Shown: positions 49,215 to 57,974 of the stretch, piece after piece
How positions within the stretch are numbered: the first letter of the stretch is position 1
Layout: each line of letters opens with the position of its first letter
NCBI GenBank assembly: GCA_034530875.2
Contig: JAVRCJ020000010.1
Location: forward strand, 160,001 to 224,000
Reading direction: 5' to 3'
From: Nostoc sp. DedSLP01
GTDB lineage: Bacteria; Cyanobacteriota; Cyanobacteriia; Cyanobacteriales; Nostocaceae
DNA: 64,000 nt
Made by a program: the position numbers and the translations under genes
Notes under the pieces: model-generated
The model's database searches: none
Told to the model about the DNA's origin: nothing
The model's input: only the letters and a program-made list of their open reading frames with translations

Positions 49215-50024
49215 TCAATTTATTGCTGATTGATTTCTTTTTCTCTTGCGTCCTATTGGTACACACATAGGAGTATCCATAATAGGATCGAGAATAATAA
49301 GACACTCTAATCCAAAAACCTCTTGAACCATTTCTTGAGTCATCACTAACTTTGGTTCGCCAGCTGCAAAAATTCGCCCTTCTTTAACAGCGACTAAATA
49401 ATCAGCATATCGACACGCCTGATTTAAATCGTGTAGCACCATAACAATTGTTCGTCCTTGAGTTTGGTTCAGATCGTACAATAAATCTAAAATTTCTATT
49501 TGGTGTGCTAAATCTAAAAAAGTAGTCGGTTCATCTAAAAGCAAAATATCTGTATCTTGCGCTAAGGACATAGCAATCCAAGCTCTCTGTCTTTGTCCGC
49601 CAGATAATGTATCTAAGGCTCTATCTGCTAAATTTAATAAATCTGTAATTTCTAGGGCTTGCTGTACGATTTTTTCGTCTTTTGCCGACCATTGTTGTAA
49701 CCAATTTTGATAAGGATAACGTCCTTGTGCAACTAAATCTTTTACTGTTAATCCTTCCGGCGCTACTGGCCCTTGAGGCAAAATACCCAACTGCTGCGCT
49801 AGTTCTTTGGGAGAAAGATTGAAAATAGAATTTCCATCAAGATATACTATACCGCTACACGGTTTGAGCAATCTTGCTAGACCTCTTAACAAAGTTGATT
49901 TACCACAACCATTAGCACCAACTAAAGCAGTAATTTGTCCGCAAGGAATTGCCAAATTCAAGTCACGAATAATCGTAGCACCATCGTAAGCTAAAGATAG
50001 ATTTTTGGCTGACAATCCTTTCAT
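49215..50024 (-). CDS. fecE: Iron-siderophore ABC transporter ATPase (FecE/FhuC-like)
   Basis: [32 protein letters not shown]. Confidence 0.9.
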   Translation of the reverse strand: MKGLSAKNLSLAYDGATIIRDLNLAIPCGQITALVGANGCGKSTLLRGLARLLKPCSGIVYLDGNSIFNLSPKELAQQLGILPQGPVAPEGLTVKDLVAQGRYPYQNWLQQWSAKDEKIVQQALEITDLLNLADRALDTLSGGQRQRAWIAMSLAQDTDILLLDEPTTFLDLAHQIEILDLLYDLNQTQGRTIVMVLHDLNQACRYADYLVAVKEGRIFAAGEPKLVMTQEMVQEVFGLECLIILDPIMDTPMCVPIGRKRKRNQSAIN

Positions 50025-50123
50025 AATGAATTTTAGATTTAAGATTTTGGATTTATAAAAACCTGATTTGTTAGTCGCTCAAATATGCTTTTCGCTAGTC
50101 ACCAGTCACGAGTCCCCAATCTC

Positions 50124-51164
50124 TCATTTCTTCCGATTGCGAATTAATAAATACAAAAAATAAGGAGCGCCAATGGCAGCAGTTACCACTCCACAAGGAA
50201 GTTCAATAGGTGCAAAGGCTGTTCTTCCTAAAAAGTCTGCCATGACAACAATTACTCCTCCTAGCAGTGCAGAAGTAGGAATCAAGCTTTCATGGGTTGT
50301 ACCTACTAACTGTCGTCCTAAATGGGGTGCAATTAAACCCACAAAACCAATGTTACCGGCGGTGGCGACTGCTGCACCTGCTAAGGCTACCCCCACGAAC
50401 ATCAATAAACCACGCTGCCATTCCACCAAACTGCCTAGACTTTTAGCAACATCATCTCCTAAACTGAGAGCGTTTAAATGTCTTGTCAATATCAATGCCA
50501 TCGGGATAAAAACAACTAACCAAGGTAATAGAGAAAATACTTGTTGTGAAGTACGTCCGTAGACACTTCCAGCTAACCAAACCAAAGCATTGCTAACATT
50601 ATTAATTTCCCCAAAGGTAATCGTTAAGCTAGTTATGGCAGTGGCGATCGCAGATAAACCCACACCAATCAAAATTAATAGAATTGGGGAACTGCCATGA
50701 TTCCAAGCCAGCGAGTAAATTAAAATTGCCATCACCCAAGCACCAGCAAAAGCCGATATCGGCAAAATGTATATTGGTGCTGAAGGAAATAAGACAATGA
50801 CACTAACTGCTGCTAGAGTCGCCCCAGCATTAATGCCAATAATACCGGGATCGGCCAATGGATTGCGTGTCAGTCCTTGAAAGATAGTCCCAGAAATTCC
50901 TAGCGCCATGCCCACCATCAAAGCTACAAGGGTGCGTGGTAAACGCAGGCTATAAATCACAAATGTATGGTCTGGGTTTCCCGTATCTAGGCCGAATAAA
51001 GTTTTCACAATATCCCAAGGCGAAATTGGATATTCACCCCGCCCCAAATTCATTACCATTGCCACTACAATCGCTAGTGTCAAACATAGCACCACCACTG
51101 GTAAGCGTCGGTCTATACGAAAAGATATCGCCGGGGAGCGAATGACTAGCCAATCAACTTTCAT
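50124..51164 (-). CDS. fecD: FecCD-family permease
   Basis: LRLPR, TRNPLADPGIIG, IGFVGLIAPH, GAPYF. Confidence 0.9.
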   Translation of the reverse strand: MKVDWLVIRSPAISFRIDRRLPVVVLCLTLAIVVAMVMNLGRGEYPISPWDIVKTLFGLDTGNPDHTFVIYSLRLPRTLVALMVGMALGISGTIFQGLTRNPLADPGIIGINAGATLAAVSVIVLFPSAPIYILPISAFAGAWVMAILIYSLAWNHGSSPILLILIGVGLSAIATAITSLTITFGEINNVSNALVWLAGSVYGRTSQQVFSLLPWLVVFIPMALILTRHLNALSLGDDVAKSLGSLVEWQRGLLMFVGVALAGAAVATAGNIGFVGLIAPHLGRQLVGTTHESLIPTSALLGGVIVVMADFLGRTAFAPIELPCGVVTAAIGAPYFLYLLIRNRKK

Positions 51165-52192
51165 TTTTTTACCTTTGACTTAGCCAGGTAGACAAAAAAG
51201 GGCGCACCAATCAGTGCTGTCATCACACCTACAGGTAATTCCTGTGGTTTAAGCAACACACGAGCGACGATATCTGCAACCAAGAGTAAAATAGCTCCCA
51301 AAACTGCACAATAAGGTAATATCCAACGGTAATCGGCTTTAATATAAAATCTCACAATATGGGGAACGACTAAACCAATAAAGCCGATTGGCCCTGCCAA
51401 AGCGACGGAACTTCCAGCCAGTAAAATTACGCTCATAGCAGTCGCAACTTTGACCCAGGCTGTTTGTTGACCCAAGCCTTTAGCTACGTCTTCACCCAAA
51501 CTCATGGTAGTGATTTGTCTGCCAAGGGCAAAAGCTACAACTAATCCCATGAAGACGAAAGGTAATGCCTGAAAAAACATATTCATATCGCGGCCAGCTA
51601 GCGAACCAGCTAACCAAAATCTAATTTCTTGTAGGGTGCGTTGGCTAACAATCAGAACCGCGGTGGTAATAGAAGAGATGAGAGCAGTTAAAGCCGCGCC
51701 TGCTACAGTCAAATTTAATGGGGTGGCTCCTCCCCGTCCCAAAGAACCAAGGAAGTAAACTAATATTGCCGTGGTTCCTGCCCCTAGAAATGCCACAATT
51801 GTGTAAACATCTTGGGATACGCTACCAAATACAAAAGCGGCTAGAACTACTGCTACTGCTGCACCGGACTCAATACCCAAAATCCCTGGATCTGCTAAAG
51901 GATTGCGTGTTAAACCTTGCATTAATGCTCCGGCAACTGCTAAAGCCGATCCTACAAGAATAGCAACGAGCGATCGCGGTAATCTCACAGTCTGAATCAC
52001 TAAGCGATCGTATGAACCATCAAAGACTATAAATGATGTCAAAACTCGCTCTAGAGGTATTTCTGCTGCACCCAGCATTACACTGCACACCAAACAAATT
52101 AGCAGTATACACAGCCCCAAAACCAGACCAAATAAGCCCGACATTTGTCGCTTTTTCAATCCTTTCGGTGGTGCTATGGTCGCTTTTATCAT
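51161..52192 (-). CDS. fecC: FecCD-family permease
   Basis: VRLPR, TRNPLADPGILG, IGFIGLVVPH, GAPFF. Confidence 0.9.
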   Translation of the reverse strand: MIKATIAPPKGLKKRQMSGLFGLVLGLCILLICLVCSVMLGAAEIPLERVLTSFIVFDGSYDRLVIQTVRLPRSLVAILVGSALAVAGALMQGLTRNPLADPGILGIESGAAVAVVLAAFVFGSVSQDVYTIVAFLGAGTTAILVYFLGSLGRGGATPLNLTVAGAALTALISSITTAVLIVSQRTLQEIRFWLAGSLAGRDMNMFFQALPFVFMGLVVAFALGRQITTMSLGEDVAKGLGQQTAWVKVATAMSVILLAGSSVALAGPIGFIGLVVPHIVRFYIKADYRWILPYCAVLGAILLLVADIVARVLLKPQELPVGVMTALIGAPFFVYLAKSKVKK

Positions 52193-52281
52193 TATCCTGC
52201 TGTCAGTTGAAAATATTACGCTGCGATCGTTATGTGCTTTTTACGGTAATGAAACCGTTATGGTAGGGGCTTTACAGCTGT

Positions 52282-52476
52282 CATTGATGCCAACTTAAGC
52301 TAGAACTCTTGCCGCACAATCGTTTTACCCCACCCCCAACCCCTCCCCTTGGCAAGGGGAGGGGCGATTTTGGCTTTAGACAAAATCGGGGTGGGGTAAC
52401 GCGGATCTTGATGGTAAGTGAGTAGAACTCGCTCATCATGTTTTCATCAGGGTTTCATGTTAACTTGACACCAATG
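52282..52476. mobile_element. MITE-like element with imperfect ~25 bp terminal inverted repeats
   Basis: CATTGATGCCAACTTAAGCTAGAAC ... GTTTCATGTTAACTTGACACCAATG, with internal TTACCCCACCCC...GGGGTGGGGTAA hairpins. Confidence 0.65.
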
Positions 52477-52658
52477 CACAGCTAGCTGTGCGCCCCTACA
52501 GAGGATTGCCTTAGATGATAAAGTCTGTAAATTCATACTTTCAATATTTAGCAGCTTTTTAGTCATTAAATTGATAATCTTTCTTGATAAATATATAGAT
52601 TACATTATCATGCAACCATTTTTCTATTTTTCTCAAGGATAAAGATACTCAAAAACTT

Positions 52659-52675
52659 TTGATATTATTTCTCAA
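52659..52675. promoter_or_regulatory. Fur-box-like site between fecC and acylase
   Basis: TTGATATTATTTCTCAA, a 7-1-7-like palindrome. A weaker TTGATAATCTTTCTTGA lies at 52571. Confidence 0.55.
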
Positions 52676-52750
52676 CAAACTGGTATTGTCTTAGATGAAC
52701 GTGAATCTCAGTTGAAAAAGGGAGTAGGGAAACAAGGGGGAGAATAACCG

Positions 52751-52800
52751 ATGCCCAATGCCCCATACCCAATGACCAATGGCTAATGACCAATGACTAA
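52751..52800. repeat. Degenerate heptamer tandem repeat (STRR-like)
   Basis: ATGCCCA/ATGCCCC/ATGACCA units. Complementary-type units occur at 54889-54920. Confidence 0.75.
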
Positions 52801-54883
52801 AGCTTATAGAAGAAAATCAATACGGATTTTACCCTTAATACTCAGTTTTATAGTGGTTTTGTTTATCGGCAGTCAGACGATCGCTGTACCAACAAAATCC
52901 ACAGAGATATTATGGGATACATTCGGTATACCGCACATCTACGGTAAAAATGACCAAAGTGCATTTTATGCCTTTGGTTGGGCACAAATGCAAAGTCATG
53001 GAGATTTACTTTTGCGTCTCTATGGTCAAGCACGAGGACGCGCGGCCGAATACTGGGGTGAAGAATATCTAGAGTCGGATCGTTGGGTACTGAGTATGGG
53101 AGTGCCGGAACGCGCTCAAAGTTGGTACAAAGCACAAAATCCAACTTTTCGCAAGTATCTAGATGCTTTTGCTGCTGGGATCAATGCTTATGCTTCGCAA
53201 AATCCGAAATCGATCGACGATCGCGTTGAGGCAGTGCTACCAGTCAAGGGTGAAGATGCGATCGCTCATTTACATCGGGTACTCAATTTCAACTTTGTGG
53301 TCGATCCGGGGTCGGTATTGGAGTTGGGCAAACAAAAATTGCCAGCAGGTTCTAATGGTTGGGCGATCGCACCTTCTCATTCTGCAAGTGGCAAGGCTAT
53401 GTTACTAGCCAATCCCCATCTACCTTGGTCGGATTTATTTTTGTGGTACGAAGCTCAAATTACTACGCCGGGAATTGATGCTTATGGAGCGACGCTTGTA
53501 GGTGTTCCTGTATTGGCGATCGCTTTTAACAATAAATTGGGTTGGACTCACACCGTTAACACCTACGATGGTTGGGATTTGTACGAACTCGCACTGGCAG
53601 ATAATGGCTACCGCTTTGATGGTAAAGTTCGTCAATTCGTTTCTAAAACCCTGTCTTTGAAGGTGAAGCAGAAAGATGGCTCTTTACAAGAACAACCATT
53701 AGTAGTTAAAAGTTCCATCCACGGGCCTGTGGTAGTTGAGAAAGATGGTAAAGCCCTCGCATTAAGAGTTGCCGGTCTTGACAGACCAGGCGTACTCCAA
53801 CAGTGGTGGGATATGGCACGAGCAAAAAACCTCAACCAATTTGAAACTGCCCTCAAACGCTTGCAACTATCGATGTTCACGGTGATATATGCCGATAGAG
53901 AAGGGCATATTATGCACCTATTTAACGGTCAAGTTCCGGTACGTCAACAAGGAGATTTTGCATATTGGCGAGGTGTCATTCCTGGCGATACATCTAAAAC
54001 TCTATGGACAAAAATCCATCCATACCAAGAGTTACCACGGGTAGTCGATCCTAAAAGTGGTTGGTTGCAAAATACAAACGACCCACCTTGGACAACTACT
54101 TTCCCAGCCGCCATTAAAGCAGATGATTACCCATCTTATATTGCACCTCGTTTCATGGATTTTCGCTCGCAACGTTCTGTGAGAATGTTGGCTGAAGATG
54201 ACAAAATCTCTTTTGATGAGATGATTGCATACAAGCATTCGACCCGTATGGAAATGGCCGATCGCCTTTTGGACGATTTAATTCCTGCCGCCCGCAAGTA
54301 CGGTAAAGAATTGGGACAAAAAGCAGCCAATGTTTTGGAAACCTGGGATCGGCAAGCCAATGCAGATAGTCGAGGGGCAGTACTATTTACCTTTTGGGTT
54401 CAACAGTTGGACTTAGATAAAACATTTAGTAAACCTTGGAATGAAAATTCTCCACGCACCACACCCGATGGTTTAGCCGATCCCCAAAATGCAGTTGCAA
54501 CCCTCGAAGCAGTGGCAGCAGAAATAGAAAAAACATATAGAACAATAGATGTGGCATGGGGAGATGTTGTTCGACTGCGTTATGGCAATGTAGATTTACC
54601 TGCCAATGGTGGTGCAGATCCTCTTGGGATCTTCCGCAGTATCTATCCATCACCGCAGCCTGATGGAAAATTCAAATCCGAGGGTGGCGATTCCTATGTT
54701 GCAGCAATTGAATTTTCTAACCCTGTACGAGCAATGGCACTCACCAGCTACGGCAATGCAACTCAACCAGGGTCGCCCCATGTTGGCGATCAGTTAAAGC
54801 TGTTTGCCAAAAAACAATTGCGTCCTGTGTGGCGCGATCGCTCCGATATTCTCGCCCATCTAGAAGCACGAAAAGTATTCTAA
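52793..54883 (+). CDS. Secreted Ntn-hydrolase acylase (penicillin acylase/PvdQ family)
   Basis: Signal peptide, [10 protein letters not shown], beta-chain start SNGWAIAP...LLANPHLPW. Confidence 0.92.
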   Translation: MTKAYRRKSIRILPLILSFIVVLFIGSQTIAVPTKSTEILWDTFGIPHIYGKNDQSAFYAFGWAQMQSHGDLLLRLYGQARGRAAEYWGEEYLESDRWVLSMGVPERAQSWYKAQNPTFRKYLDAFAAGINAYASQNPKSIDDRVEAVLPVKGEDAIAHLHRVLNFNFVVDPGSVLELGKQKLPAGSNGWAIAPSHSASGKAMLLANPHLPWSDLFLWYEAQITTPGIDAYGATLVGVPVLAIAFNNKLGWTHTVNTYDGWDLYELALADNGYRFDGKVRQFVSKTLSLKVKQKDGSLQEQPLVVKSSIHGPVVVEKDGKALALRVAGLDRPGVLQQWWDMARAKNLNQFETALKRLQLSMFTVIYADREGHIMHLFNGQVPVRQQGDFAYWRGVIPGDTSKTLWTKIHPYQELPRVVDPKSGWLQNTNDPPWTTTFPAAIKADDYPSYIAPRFMDFRSQRSVRMLAEDDKISFDEMIAYKHSTRMEMADRLLDDLIPAARKYGKELGQKAANVLETWDRQANADSRGAVLFTFWVQQLDLDKTFSKPWNENSPRTTPDGLADPQNAVATLEAVAAEIEKTYRTIDVAWGDVVRLRYGNVDLPANGGADPLGIFRSIYPSPQPDGKFKSEGGDSYVAAIEFSNPVRAMALTSYGNATQPGSPHVGDQLKLFAKKQLRPVWRDRSDILAHLEARKVF

Positions 54884-54961
54884 AACATAGGGCATGGCGC
54901 ATGGGGCATTGGGCATGGGAGGTGTGGGAGGATGGGGAAGAAATCTTTCTCCCCACACTCC

Positions 54962-55096
54962 GAATACGGTTCGGTTAACGTGTTTATTCCTCGAAGATCC
55001 CCTCAACCCCCCTTGGAAAGGGGGGCTTACAACCCTCTTTTACCCCCTTAAAAAGGGGGTCGCCGTAGGCGGGGGGATCTTAACCGAACCGTATTG
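54962..55096. mobile_element. 135 bp MITE with 16 bp perfect TIR and 10 bp flanking direct repeat
   Basis: AATACGGTTCGGTTAA (54963-54978) / TTAACCGAACCGTATT (55080-55095). CCCACACTCC at 54952-54961 and 55097-55106. Confidence 0.85.
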
Positions 55097-55162
55097 CCCA
55101 CACTCCCCCATTTCCCCACTCCCTACTCCCCACCTCCCCATTTTCAAAGGATGAAAGATTGA

Positions 55163-55819
55163 GTGACTAAAAACCCTATTCTTTCGGTACAAGATTTAGG
55201 TCGAATAGTTGACCAACGCTGGATTTGGAGCCACCTCAGTTTTCAATTATTTCCAGGGGAGCGAGTAGCGGTAATAGGCGCTTCTGGCTCTGGTAAAAGT
55301 TTGCTGCTGCGAGCATTAGCTGGTCTCGACGCCGTACAAGCAGGACAAATTATTTTTCAGGAACAGTCGATAAATTCTTACTTTATGCCGGCGTATCGTT
55401 CCCAAATTATTTATCTGCAACAACGACCAGCCCTTTGGGAAGGAACTGTGGAAGAAAATCTTCAGCAAGTTTATCGATTAGCTGTTCATCGGCATCTAAT
55501 TTACAACCGCAAGTTGATTTTAGATTATCTGCATCTTTTGCATAAAACGCCAGACTTTTTGCAGCGTCCGGTTAGCGCCCTTTCCGGTGGAGAAGCGCAG
55601 ATAGTTGCTTTTCTGAGAGCTTTGCAACTTTCACCTGCGATACTGCTACTAGATGAACCTACTGCTTCACTAGATGCTGGAACTGCCCACAGTTTAGAGG
55701 CTTTAGTTACAGCTTGGCAAGACGAACGTCCCCAACGCGCATATCTCTGGACAAGTCACGACCCCAACCAATTGGAAAGGATTACTAATCGTCAAATTAC
55801 TTTGAAGGGGAAAGATTGA
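55163..55819 (+). CDS. ABC ATPase, FetA/YbbL-like
   Basis: GASGSGKS, LSGGEAQ, LLLDEPTASLD; overlaps the FetB-like gene. Confidence 0.8.
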   Translation: MTKNPILSVQDLGRIVDQRWIWSHLSFQLFPGERVAVIGASGSGKSLLLRALAGLDAVQAGQIIFQEQSINSYFMPAYRSQIIYLQQRPALWEGTVEENLQQVYRLAVHRHLIYNRKLILDYLHLLHKTPDFLQRPVSALSGGEAQIVAFLRALQLSPAILLLDEPTASLDAGTAHSLEALVTAWQDERPQRAYLWTSHDPNQLERITNRQITLKGKD

Positions 55820-56640
55820 TGGAAACGAACTATATCCAGATTAGTTACGGACAATTGGCTTTGGCGACTTTGTTTATTTTGATTAATGTGGGGCTTTCTT
55901 TTGGTTTGCGGTTGGGGCTGGAACAAAGTTTAGGGATGGCTTCCCTACGTATGGTAGTGCAGTTATTGATGGTGGGATACATATTACAGTGGGTATTTAC
56001 TCTCAGCAACCCTGTCTTAATCGTACTTTTGGCTTTAGGGATGACTGTTGTAGCTGGTATATCTAGCGTTAACCGTACACGTAGACGATTTACTAGTATT
56101 TATTGGAATAATTTTATTTCGCTTTTGAGTGGTTCGTTTTTAGTTACCGGGATAGTAGTTAGCGGCATTTTGCGCGTACAACCTTGGTACGAGCCTCAGT
56201 ATCTCATTCCTTTTTTGGGTATGGTTTTGGGTAATGCACTCACGGGTACATCTTTGAGTTTAGATCGGTTTATGGAAGACTTGACCAATCGTCGAGGAGA
56301 AATAGAGGCGCTACTGACTTTAGGCGCAACCCGTTGGGAAGCTGCACATCAAACTATTAAAGAAGCCTCCAGAACAGGAATGATTCCTACTATTAATTCA
56401 ATGATGGTGATGGGATTAGTTAGCTTACCGGGAATGATGACTGGTCAAATTCTCGCCGGGGCAAATCCTACTGATGCCATACGCTACCAAATTGTAATTA
56501 TTTTTGCACAGGCATCAGGAACAGCGATCGCCATTATCGGCGTAATTATCCTAGCTTTCCTTGCCCTGTTTAATCCTAATCATCAGTTGACAGATTCCTT
56601 AATTAAAAAATCACAAGCCAAGAAGCCCAAACAAACCTGA
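55816..56640 (+). CDS. fetB: FetB/YbbM-family permease
   Basis: LRMVVQL..VGYIL, YLIP.LGMVLGN, GLVSLPGMMTGQILAGA.P..AIRYQI. Confidence 0.85.
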   Translation: MMETNYIQISYGQLALATLFILINVGLSFGLRLGLEQSLGMASLRMVVQLLMVGYILQWVFTLSNPVLIVLLALGMTVVAGISSVNRTRRRFTSIYWNNFISLLSGSFLVTGIVVSGILRVQPWYEPQYLIPFLGMVLGNALTGTSLSLDRFMEDLTNRRGEIEALLTLGATRWEAAHQTIKEASRTGMIPTINSMMVMGLVSLPGMMTGQILAGANPTDAIRYQIVIIFAQASGTAIAIIGVIILAFLALFNPNHQLTDSLIKKSQAKKPKQT

Positions 56641-56658
56641 GTTATGGCAATTCGTAAT

Positions 56659-56681
56659 GGGCTACGCCCCGCTGCGCTAAC
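56659..56681. repeat. 23 bp small dispersed repeat, inverted copy at 57916-57938
   Basis: GGGCTACGCCCCGCTGCGCTAAC versus GTTAGCGCAGCGGGGCATAGCCC (1 mismatch). Confidence 0.75.
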
Positions 56682-56899
56682 GTAATTAAGAAATTCAGCT
56701 TTTATCTAGGTTTCAAGGTTTGAATCTGTTGCCGAAGTTTCGAGAATTGCTATTATTCAGTAGTTCACCAAAAGAAATCGCCAAATTAAAGGACAAGAGT
56801 TTTTAATCCCTTTCCCCTTTCACCTTTTCCCTTTCCCCCCTCCTCCTACCTCATCTAGTAAAATAACTTAGCAACTCAGCAAACAAAAGGTTCAGTATC

Positions 56900-57772
56900 A
56901 TGTCTCAAGCTAGTATCGGAATTATCGGTGGCAGCGGTCTGTATAAAATGGATGCGCTCAAAGATGTCGAAGAGGTGCAAGTTGAGACTCCCTTTGGTTC
57001 GCCATCTGATGCTTTGATTCTAGGGACTTTGGAAGGGACACGGGTAGCTTTTTTGGCGCGGCATGGTCGCAATCACACGCTTTTACCTTCTGAGTTACCG
57101 TTTCGCGCTAATATCTATGCGATGAAGCAATTGGGTGTAGAGTATTTAATTTCGGCTAGTGCTGTGGGTTCGTTGAAAGCAGAGGCGAAACCAATGGATA
57201 TGGTAGTGCCAGATCAATTTATTGACAGAACAAAAAATCGGATTTCAACGTTTTTCGGTGAGGGAATTGTGGCTCACATTGCCTTTGGCGACCCGATATG
57301 CAAGAATTTGGCTGGAGTTTTGGCAGATGCGATCGCTTCTCTTAATTTACCAGAAGTCACTCTGCATCGCGGCGGTACTTATGTATGCATGGAAGGGCCG
57401 GCTTTTTCCACAAAGGCAGAATCGCATCTTTATCGCAGTTGGGGTGCAACAATCATTGGGATGACGAATTTACCAGAGGCGAAGTTAGCCAGGGAAGCGG
57501 AAATTGCCTACGCAACTTTAGCGCTGGTGACAGATTACGATTGTTGGCATCCAGACCATGATAGCGTCACAGTGGAAATGGTAATTGGCAATTTACTGCG
57601 GAATGCGGTGAATGCTCAAAAGGTAATTCAAGAAACTGTGCGACGGTTAAGTGAAAATCCACCATCAAGTGAAGCACATTCGGCTTTGAAATATGCCATT
57701 TTGACTCAATTGGATAAAGCACCAGCGATGACAAAAGAGAAGTTGGGATTATTGTTGCAGAAATATTTGTAA
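56900..57772 (+). CDS. mtnP: S-methyl-5'-thioadenosine phosphorylase
   Basis: [51 protein letters not shown]. Confidence 0.95.
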   Translation: MSQASIGIIGGSGLYKMDALKDVEEVQVETPFGSPSDALILGTLEGTRVAFLARHGRNHTLLPSELPFRANIYAMKQLGVEYLISASAVGSLKAEAKPMDMVVPDQFIDRTKNRISTFFGEGIVAHIAFGDPICKNLAGVLADAIASLNLPEVTLHRGGTYVCMEGPAFSTKAESHLYRSWGATIIGMTNLPEAKLAREAEIAYATLALVTDYDCWHPDHDSVTVEMVIGNLLRNAVNAQKVIQETVRRLSENPPSSEAHSALKYAILTQLDKAPAMTKEKLGLLLQKYL

Positions 57773-57974
57773 GTAGGAGGCCGGAGGAGCAAGAAGAATG
57801 ATTTGTATCAATAATTTGGTGAAATAGTATTAAACCCAGTTATTCAGACGCGACGCTCGAATACTCGCTAACACTGCGCTATCCGCCAGTCGGACTGCAA
57901 TTCATACTGAATTCTGTTAGCGCAGCGGGGCATAGCCCATTCTGACTTCTGAATTCTTCTTCAATATGGCTGCT

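Noticed and set aside
54894..55154. 86 aa ORF
   Set aside because: Composed of heptamer repeats and the MITE; not a credible protein
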